In this document: positions 1 through 9,115 of the stretch, one piece after another
Layout of the letters: the number at the start of each line of letters is the position of its first letter
Position numbering within the stretch: position 1 is the first letter of the stretch
Source of the DNA: Acidobacteriota bacterium
Lineage (GTDB): Bacteria > Acidobacteriota > UBA6911
Reading direction: 5' to 3'
NCBI GenBank assembly: GCA_963664705.1
Contig: OY761556.1
Span: forward strand, 3,008,001-3,072,000
Length of the DNA: 64,000 nt
Notes under the pieces: model-generated
Told to the model about the DNA's origin: nothing
The model's input: the letters and a program-made list of their open reading frames with translations, nothing else
Databases searched by the model: none
Program-made: the position numbers and the translations under genes

Positions 1-2331
1 ACTTCCATTTCATTCTCCGGGCGCCCCAGCCGGCTTTGCTCGATGACCGATATCACGGAACGGGAAAGGGATCGGGCCGCGCTCAGGGAAAGCGAAGAAA
101 GATTTGCCATCGCGTTTCATGCCGGCCCGATGGCCATCGTCATTGGTCGCCTCGCAGACGCACGCTTTCTGGACGTGAATGAGGCTTTTGTACGCACGCT
201 GGGATATTCGAGAGAGGAGGTCATTGGCCATACGGCCGCTGAATTGAACATCAATACGGAGCCCGCCCATCGGGAGGAAATCCTGCAGTTGCTCCGAATA
301 GGAGGCACAGCGCGCGGACGCGAAGCAACCTTTCGAACCAGAGACGGCCAACTTCGAAGAGTCCTTTTCTCCAGTGCATCCATCAAGATCAACAACGAGG
401 ATTGTTTCCTCTCGGTTTTTCTGGACATTACCGAGCGCAAAGCAGCCGAGCAGGCGGTCGCAGAACAGGCACGGCTGCTCGATTTGAGCAGTGACGCCAT
501 CATTGTACGTGATGACGACGACAGGATTACCTATTGGAACAAGGGCGCGCAAGGCCTGTATGGCTATGCGCCGGAGGAGGCATTGGGCAGCGTCTCCCAT
601 GCATTGCTCCGAACGGATTTCCCTTCATCGCTGAGCGCTATCAAGGAGAAGTTATATCGCGAGGGACGATGGGGGGGCGAACTGGTTCATTCCCGAAAGG
701 ACGGCTCCAAGGTATCCACAATGAGCCGATGGGTACTGGATCGCAATGCCAAAGGAAATCATGCTTCCATCCTGGAAACCAATACGGATGTTACCGAACG
801 CAAACAGGCAGAGCAGGAGAGAACCCGCCTAGCCTCTTTCCCAATCCTGAACCCGAATCCGATCATCGAATCGAGCCTCGATGGAACCATCCTTTTTGCA
901 AACCCTGCCGCACTCCGTCTTTTTCCCGATCTATACCAGCGCGGAGTGAGCCACCCCTATGTTGCAGACTGGGAGCTTTTGAAGGACGCCTGCACTCTTG
1001 GAAAAACCGTCCACCGAGACGTCTCTCTGGCGCAACGATGGTATCAGCAGATTTTTCACTATCTGGAGGATTTCCAGAGGATCCGGATCTATGGAACAGA
1101 CATTACGGAGCGCAAGCTGGCAGAGGATGCCCTCAATAGAGCTAACTCGGACCTGGAACAAAAGGTTGCGGAACGAACACACGAGCTGGCGCAGAGAGCG
1201 GCCCAGCTTCGTGCATTGGCCGGCGAACTGACCATTGCCGAACATCGAGAGCGGACACGGCTGGCAACCGTTTTGCACGATCACCTCCAGCAGTTGCTCG
1301 TTGGGGCAAAGTTCCGTCTTTCCGTGCTTGGTAGAACGGGAGAAGAAGCAGCCAATGAAGCCAGGGAGATCGAGGATTTGATTGATGAATCCATCCGGTC
1401 GTCCAGATCCCTCACCGCGGAATTGAGCCCTCCAATCCTTCACAATGCCGGGCTGAATGCCGGCCTTGAATGGCTGGGAAGACGAATGGCCGATACCCAG
1501 GGACTTTTCGTGGATCTGAAAGCCGAGAAGCTTGTCTCTCTGCCCGACGATATAACCATTCTACTTTTTCAGTCCATCCGTGAACTCCTGTTTAACGTGG
1601 CCAAACACGCCAAAGCCCATTCTGCGCGCGTTGAACTGCGGTATATGGGAGGAACCATCCAAGCCACTATATTAGACCAGGGGGTCGGGTTTGATCCCAA
1701 TTCATTGCCTCCCGCAGGCGAAGGAGGCAGAGGATTCGGGTTGTTCAGCGTGCGCGAACGCGTCGAACTCTTCGGAGGAAAGCTGGAAGTCAAGAGTTCT
1801 CCCGGTAAAGGAACAAGGCTAATCATCTCCGTACCCATTTCGCGAACCGCACAACCGATGCGCGCAGCAGCGCAGGCCGTCCGGAAATCCGCAACTCGAG
1901 ACGGAACAGTTCACCCGCCGGAAGACCGCAAAATACGCGTATTGCTCGCCGACGATCACGCTGTTGTGCGACAGGGCATTGCCAGCCTTCTTGGCGACGA
2001 ACCGGATATCGAAATTATCGGCACGGTCTCGGACGGGCAGGAAGCAGTGGACACAACCCCGAATCTATTGCCGGACGTGATCCTTATGGACTTGAGCATG
2101 CCCAGGCTGAATGGAATCGAAGCAACACGCCTTATTCACGCGAGATTCCCGGAAATCCGCATAATCGGATTATCCATGTTTGAGGAAGCCGAAAGTGCAC
2201 AAACTATGCGCGACGCGGGTGCAGTCGACTATCTTTCCAAAAGCGGCCCGGCTGCGGACTTGATTCATGCGATCAAATCCGGTCGTAGAACGCCCACCTC
2301 CCGCAAACGTGGACGCAGGAGTAAAGCATAA
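1..2331 (+). CDS. Multi-PAS hybrid sensor histidine kinase (HisKA_3/HATPase + C-terminal receiver), 5'-partial
   Basis: The frame is open from base 1 through the ATG at 43. Repeated PAS/PAC ends (DITERK), H-box LHDHLQQ, N-box ELLFNVAKHA, DQGVGFD, GFGLFSVRER, and a NarL-like REC domain (LLADDH...MDLSMP) with no HTH. Confidence 0.92.
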   Translation, partial: TSISFSGRPSRLCSMTDITERERDRAALRESEERFAIAFHAGPMAIVIGRLADARFLDVNEAFVRTLGYSREEVIGHTAAELNINTEPAHREEILQLLRIGGTARGREATFRTRDGQLRRVLFSSASIKINNEDCFLSVFLDITERKAAEQAVAEQARLLDLSSDAIIVRDDDDRITYWNKGAQGLYGYAPEEALGSVSHALLRTDFPSSLSAIKEKLYREGRWGGELVHSRKDGSKVSTMSRWVLDRNAKGNHASILETNTDVTERKQAEQERTRLASFPILNPNPIIESSLDGTILFANPAALRLFPDLYQRGVSHPYVADWELLKDACTLGKTVHRDVSLAQRWYQQIFHYLEDFQRIRIYGTDITERKLAEDALNRANSDLEQKVAERTHELAQRAAQLRALAGELTIAEHRERTRLATVLHDHLQQLLVGAKFRLSVLGRTGEEAANEAREIEDLIDESIRSSRSLTAELSPPILHNAGLNAGLEWLGRRMADTQGLFVDLKAEKLVSLPDDITILLFQSIRELLFNVAKHAKAHSARVELRYMGGTIQATILDQGVGFDPNSLPPAGEGGRGFGLFSVRERVELFGGKLEVKSSPGKGTRLIISVPISRTAQPMRAAAQAVRKSATRDGTVHPPEDRKIRVLLADDHAVVRQGIASLLGDEPDIEIIGTVSDGQEAVDTTPNLLPDVILMDLSMPRLNGIEATRLIHARFPEIRIIGLSMFEEAESAQTMRDAGAVDYLSKSGPAADLIHAIKSGRRTPTSRKRGRRSKA

Positions 2332-2385
2332 CTTCCGCCTTTAGCAGGCCGACGCCAATCGATTCCCGGTTATTATTATCCTTGA

Positions 2386-2413
2386 TTGAACCTTACACTG
2401 GTTTTAGTATAAT
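2386..2413 (+). promoter_or_regulatory. Candidate sigma70 promoter for the AOR gene
   Basis: TTGAAC-16 nt-TATAAT in an AT-rich intergenic region about 150 nt upstream of the ATG at 2561. Confidence 0.5.
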
Positions 2414-2560
2414 CTCCCAATAGATACGTTGGTTATTAGGAGAAACCTGCAAAGCAGAACAAGCTGATTTCTTTGCCGTGTCCGTCCTGTGAAGAAAAGC
2501 GAACTGCGCCGCTTCGCCCGGCGCGGGTGGCGAACCGGCAGAGAGATTCGAGGTATTGCC

Positions 2561-4615
2561 ATGGCTGGAGGATATTCGGGAAAAATCCTAAGGGTTCATC
2601 TGTCTGAAGGAAAAACCGACACCATCCCAACTTCCAAATACGAGGAATTCGGCGGAGGTTTGGGCATAGGAGCGGCAATTTTCTGGGACCTGTGCGTGGC
2701 GCCAGGGCATTGGGATCTGATGGATGCCTTTGATCCGAACAATGTCATTACTCTGATGACCGGCCCTCTGGCCGGAACGGGGATCTATTCCGCCAGCCGC
2801 ACGAGTGTTTCGGGCCTGGCTCCGCAGTCCTGGCCGGTCAATTGGTTCTCCCACAGCAATTTTGGCGGCACTTTTGCAGCCTTCCTGAAATTTGCCGGAT
2901 GGGATGGCATTGTGCTTGAAGGAAAATCAGCAGCGCCGGTTTATCTCAATATTATCGATGAGAAGGTAACAATCGAAGACGCGAAGGATCTGTGGGGACT
3001 GGATACCTGGAATACACAGGAAGAAATATGGAAAGCGCATAGTCAGAAAAGCAACATCCGCTACGGGGAAGATTGGCAGAATCTGGAGGGCCGCTACACC
3101 ATTCAAAGGCCGTCCATCATCGCCATCGGCCCTGCCGGTGAAAATAAATCGCGCATTGCGTCCCTGATTCATGGCGGTGGCTCCGGCGCCGGCCAGGGCG
3201 GCTTCGGAGGCGTCTTTGGAGCCAAAAATCTGAAGGCCATCGCCGTATTAGGCACCGGCTCCGTCAAACCGGCAAATCCCAAAGATGTTATGAAGGCCCG
3301 TGACTGGATTGAAACCAACTGGCCTTCGCCGCGCAGACAGGGTGCGGGCAGCATCTCTTCATGCTGCTACGGGTGCAATCGAGGCTGCCATTCCAGGGAG
3401 CCTGTCTATGGCCAGGATTCGGACGCCTGTGCCGAATCGACGTGGTTCAATCCTCCCCCGCCGTTTAAACCTCCCGCGGCAAAAGACCGGTGGAAAGCCA
3501 CCGATCTGATTCAACAGCTCGGCATCAACGGCTCGGAACTGTCCTATATTGGTTCCAGGAGTTTCCCGAGTCCTCCCGGCCATCCAATCCAGCCGGTGAT
3601 CCCCTCCAAAACCGGCACGGCCTGGTACCTGAAAAAGGCTTACGACCTTGGCGTCATCGGGCCGGGCAAAAAGATAGACACTTATCCGCTTCCCATGGAG
3701 CTTTGGGATCAGGTGGAATTTGCCGAGATCTTTGCCAAAGCGATTGCCAGGCGCATCGGCATTGGGGATCTGCTGGCTGAAGGAACGGTGCGTTTCGCGG
3801 AGAAAATCGGTCGGATACAGGATACCGAAAGCATTCTCCGATACCCCGCCTGGGGATATGTGGACCATTGGACAATGCCGAATGTGGAATGGGCCTATGG
3901 CACGCTGGTGGATTCCAGAGATATCAACAATCATGATTTATCGCTCGCACCTGTCAAAACGATGTCCTGCGAGGAGTATGTGAAACTGCTCGCGTCGGCT
4001 TGCCTTCCGCACAACGATGATCCTTTTATGTTTGATTATAGCTGGCAGGGCGAACAGGCCTACAAAACGGGCATCTACTCCGACCATAAAGCCAAATTTA
4101 TCGCATGGCGCCAGCACTATGCCATGTTCTACAAGGAATCGATGCTCTTCTGCGACTGGGTGTTCGCCAATGCCTACAGCGCAAACGCAAAAAACGGCCG
4201 CGGCCCGACACCGGAGGCGGAACCTGTCATGGTCAACGCGGTCACAGGGAAAAACCTGAGTTTTGTCGACGGGATAGAAACAGGACGAAAAACCTGGAAT
4301 GTGATCCGAGCGATATTCACCCTGCAGGGCAAAAATCGAGACACCGAAAAATTCTCCGGATACATGTATAAGCCGGGGGCGTCCAAGGCGCACTATTCAA
4401 CTTCCATTCCCGTTTTTGATGGAAGCAACTGGGCATGGATTGACTGCAGCGATCTTTACCTCGACCGTGAGGGGGTGGAGCGCTGGAAAACGGCATTCTA
4501 CAGCATTGAAGGCTGGGATCCGAAAACCGGTCATCCCAAACGCGATACTCTGCAAAAGCTGGGTCTGTCGCATGTGGCGGACGTGCTTGAAAAGAGAGGC
4601 AAACTGGGCGCCTGA
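2561..4615 (+). CDS. Aldehyde:ferredoxin oxidoreductase (AOR/WOR) family protein, divergent
   Basis: N-terminus GGYSGKILRVHLS, motifs TGPLAG, LKFAGWDGIVLEG, IGPAGE, GVFGAKNLKAI, Fe-S Cys motif CYGCNRGC plus distal FC, C-terminal GWD..TG.P...TL..LGL. Start moved to ATG 2561 (GAGGT RBS). Confidence 0.9.
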   Translation: MAGGYSGKILRVHLSEGKTDTIPTSKYEEFGGGLGIGAAIFWDLCVAPGHWDLMDAFDPNNVITLMTGPLAGTGIYSASRTSVSGLAPQSWPVNWFSHSNFGGTFAAFLKFAGWDGIVLEGKSAAPVYLNIIDEKVTIEDAKDLWGLDTWNTQEEIWKAHSQKSNIRYGEDWQNLEGRYTIQRPSIIAIGPAGENKSRIASLIHGGGSGAGQGGFGGVFGAKNLKAIAVLGTGSVKPANPKDVMKARDWIETNWPSPRRQGAGSISSCCYGCNRGCHSREPVYGQDSDACAESTWFNPPPPFKPPAAKDRWKATDLIQQLGINGSELSYIGSRSFPSPPGHPIQPVIPSKTGTAWYLKKAYDLGVIGPGKKIDTYPLPMELWDQVEFAEIFAKAIARRIGIGDLLAEGTVRFAEKIGRIQDTESILRYPAWGYVDHWTMPNVEWAYGTLVDSRDINNHDLSLAPVKTMSCEEYVKLLASACLPHNDDPFMFDYSWQGEQAYKTGIYSDHKAKFIAWRQHYAMFYKESMLFCDWVFANAYSANAKNGRGPTPEAEPVMVNAVTGKNLSFVDGIETGRKTWNVIRAIFTLQGKNRDTEKFSGYMYKPGASKAHYSTSIPVFDGSNWAWIDCSDLYLDREGVERWKTAFYSIEGWDPKTGHPKRDTLQKLGLSHVADVLEKRGKLGA

Positions 4616-4623
4616 TATGTGGG

Positions 4624-4657
4624 ACCAGCGGCCGATACGGGCTATTTGGCCGCTGGT
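4624..4657 (+). terminator. Hairpin after the AOR stop
   Basis: ACCAGCGGCC...GGCCGCTGGT inverted repeat just after the stop; weak U-tract. Confidence 0.45.
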
Positions 4658-4823
4658 TCAGCAAGCGCCGGAATAGGCGGTCCTCTCCTCTGGTGCGGCA
4701 CTTCGACTGCAGCTATCACCCCTCGCATATCTTGCTTTATTTCCAGCAGAAAACCGCTCTACAATGAGCCGGACTGAACCATCGACCCGCAATCCTTCCA
4801 GGAAACGAAAGGAAACGCATGTT

Positions 4824-7205
4824 ATGGCGGACTTAGCAGGAACCAACGGAACCAGAAAAGAATTCAAGGTGGTCGGAAAACCGAATCTCCCGGGCGTGTT
4901 GTCCTGGTCACAGGCAACCGGCGTCGCAAAATACGGCATCGATGTAGTCGTGGCCAACATGCTGCACGCCAAATTCCTCCGCAGCCCCTATGCAAACGCT
5001 CGCATCAAGAGCATGGACACGACGAAAGCCAAGGCCATTCCCGGCGTTGTCGACATCGTCACCTGGGAAGATGCGGATCTCAAGCACCTGTCCAGCGGTG
5101 GAGACGGCGGCTTCATGATGGGCCCGACGCAGGCGTTTCTGGATAACCAGGCCGATCAGGAAGGAGCGGAAGTGGGCGCCATCGTCGTCGCCGAAAGCGA
5201 AGACCTTTGCGAAGAGGCGCTGCGGGCTCTCGTCGTGGAATGGGAGGAATTGCCATTTGTCGTTGACCTGCGAAAAGGACGTGCTTCCGATGCGCCGGTC
5301 ATCAGGCCATCCTCCCCGGCAGGAAAAGCCGGCTCCGGCGGCGGCTTCGGAATGGGAGGAGGCAACAATCCCCCCAAAAAGGGCAATGTGAGCTATTCCA
5401 ACACCAACGACGGGGATATCGAAAAAGGGTTCAAGGAAGCGGATCACATCATCGAATATGACATGAATACCTCCGCTTTTTCCGGGCATATCCCCAATCC
5501 GTTGGGTACGGTCGCCTGGTGGTTTGACGACCCCCTGCGCGGTGAGGGAAAGAATCTGCAAATCGAAGGCGTTCCCTGGGGACACGACCAGGTTTCCAGC
5601 ATGAACCGTGTAGCTCCGGACAAGGTCTTCCAGAATTGCATGTTCGTAGGCGGGCGGTACTGTGACTGGGGCATCCGTAAATCCCAACAGGTCACGCCTA
5701 TGCTGGCCAAAAGAACCGGAAGACCGGTGCGATGCGTCAACCGGCGCACGGACATGTATGATTTTAACCTGTGCCAGCGCTATGTGCATATGAAGGTCGG
5801 ATTCAAAAGCAACGGTCTGATTACGGCTATCGATGACTTTTCCATTGCGGATGGCGGAATCCGGGGCAGTTCCATTTTCGGCAACACGATGGACCAGACC
5901 TACGGGCCCTATTTCACCACCCGCTGCCTGAACATCAAGCAGAGCATGGAGGTTGTCGACAGCAATACCGGAATGATGTATGTCAGCGGCCAGCATAACC
6001 CAATGGGCTGGGACACGCTGATGGTAGGGTTTTACCTGATTGCGGATAAGCTGGGCAAGGACCCGATAGAAATCGCAACGCTGAATCTCCATGGACCGGA
6101 ATCCCAAACCGATCCGAATCCGGTCCCCAGCTATGAGGCCTGTGTTGCATCCGTAAAAAAGATGATGAACTGGAACTGGCACAAAGCTGGCGCCAAAAAG
6201 ATGTCGGACGGCCGCATGCACGGGGCAAGCTTCCGGTACAACCAGTGCCCTCGCCATTCAGGAGCATCGTTCAATCCGAAACTCGAGCTTCGAAACGGCA
6301 TAGTGCATCTCGCATCCAAGGGGCCCATCATCGGCCACTATGGATTGGAAGCCAATGCGATGACGGCGGCGGAAGAACTTGGACTCGAATACAAGGACAT
6401 CCGCATTGATCTGGATCACCACGAGATTTACCGGCCGTTTGGCGGCGGTAGTGACGGATCCACCGCTTCTTCATGGGCTGTGAAGGAATGCGCGAATAAG
6501 CTCAGAAAGCTGATTCTGGAAACGGCAATCGAGGAGGCAAACACGCCTCCCGCGACCGGTGGCATCATGATGGGGGGCCCCGCGAAACAGGCTCCAAATC
6601 CTTTCAAGGGCCTGAAGCCGGAAGACCTCGACATGCAGGGCGGCAAAGTTATTGTCAAAGCCGATCCGAGCAAGGGACTTCCCCTGGCTCAAGCCGTCCG
6701 ATCCAATCTGTTCGCGACATTTTCGGGCAGACCGCCGCTGTCCCTCTGGAACCAGCGGGGCAAGGCGCTGGACACGATGAATGCAGCCACATGCGAGGTA
6801 GCCGTAGATACGGAAACCGGAGAGGTGGAGATTCTTCGTTATGGCGTTGCCGCGGATCCCGGAAAAATCATGCGACGGACATCCCTGGAAAGCCAGATCG
6901 ACCAGGCGATGGACTTTACTACCGGATGCCAGCTTCAGGAGGAGTTTGTCTACGACCCCAAAACCGGAGTAAGACTCAGCACGAATATGTTTGAGTACAA
7001 GAAGGTCAGCATGCTCGACATGCCCCGGGTAGACCTGGAACTTCTGGAAACGCGCGTAGGCAATGCCTGCTACGGCGCCAACGGCATCAGCCACTCCCTG
7101 ACCAACACCCATCTCGTCATCATGGCAATTCACAATGCGATCGGCAAATGGGTAGAATCGCCGGCCACGCCGGAGAAAGTTCTCAAAGCTTTGGGTAAGG
7201 CCTAG
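4824..7205 (+). CDS. Xanthine dehydrogenase family molybdopterin-binding subunit, copy A
   Basis: ATGVAKY, MLHAKFLRSPYANARIKS, AAEELG, EVAVDTETGEVEIL, C-terminal PATPEKVLKALG. Start MADLAG at 4824 is shared with copy B. Confidence 0.9.
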   Translation: MADLAGTNGTRKEFKVVGKPNLPGVLSWSQATGVAKYGIDVVVANMLHAKFLRSPYANARIKSMDTTKAKAIPGVVDIVTWEDADLKHLSSGGDGGFMMGPTQAFLDNQADQEGAEVGAIVVAESEDLCEEALRALVVEWEELPFVVDLRKGRASDAPVIRPSSPAGKAGSGGGFGMGGGNNPPKKGNVSYSNTNDGDIEKGFKEADHIIEYDMNTSAFSGHIPNPLGTVAWWFDDPLRGEGKNLQIEGVPWGHDQVSSMNRVAPDKVFQNCMFVGGRYCDWGIRKSQQVTPMLAKRTGRPVRCVNRRTDMYDFNLCQRYVHMKVGFKSNGLITAIDDFSIADGGIRGSSIFGNTMDQTYGPYFTTRCLNIKQSMEVVDSNTGMMYVSGQHNPMGWDTLMVGFYLIADKLGKDPIEIATLNLHGPESQTDPNPVPSYEACVASVKKMMNWNWHKAGAKKMSDGRMHGASFRYNQCPRHSGASFNPKLELRNGIVHLASKGPIIGHYGLEANAMTAAEELGLEYKDIRIDLDHHEIYRPFGGGSDGSTASSWAVKECANKLRKLILETAIEEANTPPATGGIMMGGPAKQAPNPFKGLKPEDLDMQGGKVIVKADPSKGLPLAQAVRSNLFATFSGRPPLSLWNQRGKALDTMNAATCEVAVDTETGEVEILRYGVAADPGKIMRRTSLESQIDQAMDFTTGCQLQEEFVYDPKTGVRLSTNMFEYKKVSMLDMPRVDLELLETRVGNACYGANGISHSLTNTHLVIMAIHNAIGKWVESPATPEKVLKALGKA

Positions 7206-7215
7206 CGGATTGCGG

Positions 7216-7250
7216 AGTCCAGATTCCAGACCAGGTCTGGAATCTGGACT
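7216..7250. terminator. Perfect 17-bp-arm palindrome between convergent genes; probable bidirectional terminator or mRNA-end hairpin
   Basis: AGTCCAGATTCCAGACC-A-GGTCTGGAATCTGGACT lies between the stops at 7205 (+) and 7265 (-). Confidence 0.6.
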
Positions 7251-7264
7251 TGCTGTCGGAGGGC

Positions 7265-8980
7265 TTAATACTTTTCGTAATTCGGTTTGAGATTTTTGTA
7301 CTTCGCCACCAGCTTGTCCCAGGTCTTCGGTAATTCAATCTTTTTTGTGATGAGGGAATTTTCGAAGAACGCGGGGCCAACACTCCTAAGCAGGCCAATA
7401 AACGAACCCGGCCCACCGGCAACCACGATCATGAGGTTATCGGTGTCCAGCTTTGTGGGGGCGGCAGTGTTCGTAAAACCGGCAATGCTCTGAGCGGGAG
7501 CGGCATGATCCGCGATGTACTCTTTGACTTTCTGCTTCGTGTATCCTTCACTCGACAATACCTTTGCCCATGAAGGGATGAGAATGACGCTGGACATGCT
7601 GGTGGTTCCCATGCTCACGAGCGTATCCAGAATCCCCTTAGCATTGGTTCCGCTCGGAACCGTCTGAATGAAAGTATTGGGAAAAAACACCGTAAGCGTG
7701 CTGTCTTCTTTTTTGAAGCCGCGCTCAACGCTGAGCGGTTCCCAGGGACTTTCTTCTTCATCCTCGCCAATGACAAGGCTGTACTTGCCCGGATTGCCGA
7801 TGACGCCCATGTCCTCGACAGCTTTTCTTGCCCCGCCGATATTCTTGACAATCAGCCCGATGGACCGACCGATGGCAGCATTGGCAATATTTCCCGGACT
7901 CAAAGAACCTGAACTGCAATTGACGTTGATATCTCTTCTGATCCTGCCGCTGATAGTAAGAGAGGGCGCCCACGAACCGGTGCTCACCTCAAACGTATCA
8001 AACCTGGATTTGGGCTCGGCGAAAGACTGCACTGCGGCAATCAGAACCGGCATATAGGTAGGAAGCGCACCGGCCATCACCGCGTTTATCGCGATTTTTT
8101 CAACCGTAGCCTTTCCCTTCCTCGGAATGATCGTTGCCACGATGTGGTCGGGAGGCAGATCCGTCCCGGTCAGCATCTCGGCAACCGCTTCCTCGGTCGG
8201 AGGAATGATCGGCAGTCCGTCGGTCCATCCTTTGCTGTAATAGAACCGGTTGACATCCTGAAGACTTCCTTTGAACGCGACTCTCGGCGTCTTGCCTGTT
8301 TGCAGCTTTGGAGATTTCTCTTCGGCCGTCAGCGGGCTGGTCAGGCCTTCAACCACATTCTTCATCGCCGCCGCTATTCCCTCTTCTATATCTGGAATAA
8401 CAGTGGATTCACAAGCCACGGATTCTCCTACAACTCTGATTCCGGGCATTCCTTTGCTGGACGCAGCAGAGTGGGCATCGGTAACAAACCCATTATTTGC
8501 CAGTAACACGACTGGCTTGCCAAAGTCCTCGATCGCGATGCCGTTGTAGACGAGGAACTTTGTGCAGGACCCTCAATCACCTACGACGCCGATGACGGCA
8601 TCTACCCCTTTCGCCCATGCTGTGAATTTCTCTTTGTTCTTTGTTTCGATCTCGTTGACATTCGGTTCCGTGGAATTGAACACGATTATTTGAATGTCCG
8701 GATACATGGACTTCAGTCTTTTTTGGAGCGACTCCGCGATCGGCGCAGCCGCCCGCTTTGGATTGACGAATAATCCTATCTTCTTTCCCGCGAGGGTTGG
8801 AATCCTGGGGGAAATTCCCCGTAGCGGGATGGGATCAACATCCGCCCAGGGACTGAGAACTTCAAACTGAGTATTCGGCGCCTTGGATTTGGAGCTTTCA
8901 GTCCCTTGAGCCCTGGATGGTTCCTGGGCTGCCAGAACGGCAAAAAGTCCAATGGAAAGCGCCGCCAAAAATTTACGCAT
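7265..8980 (-). CDS. UGSC-type selenoprotein (Sec at in-frame TGA 8573-8575) with signal peptide, fused to a GWTDGLP domain; about 571 aa
   Basis: ORFs 8573..9001 and 7265..8509 are in the same frame and separated by one TGA in VVGD-U-GSCTKFLVYNGIAIEDFGKPVVLLANN (UxxC). A hairpin follows the UGA. ATG 8980 has an AAGGAG RBS and starts MRKFLAALSIGLFAVLAA. Confidence 0.88.
8521..8562 (-). promoter_or_regulatory. Candidate bacterial SECIS element
   Basis: Starts 10 nt after the UGA. CAAAG(U)UCCUCG pairs with CGAGGACUUUG (11 bp with a bulged U), closing UCUACAACGGCAUCGCGAU. Confidence 0.6.
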
Positions 8981-9115
8981 GGCAGGCTCTTCTCCTTTCA
9001 AAACAGCTCGATGTTCGCGCGATTTTACCCGCGCGTTTCAATAGAAACACAAAACAATAAACTTGATACGTCATGCGGAGCAGGGGAAACCCTGGAAACC
9101 GTCGACTCCAGGCAT

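Noticed and set aside
4908-6257. 449-aa antisense ORF inside XDH-A
   Set aside because: A shadow of codon bias: no motifs, and the equivalent region in XDH-B is broken into shorter ORFs.
7265-8509. Treating 7265..8509 and 8573..9001 as two genes
   Set aside because: Same frame, a single TGA in a UxxC motif, and no good RBS for the second part; better explained as one selenoprotein.
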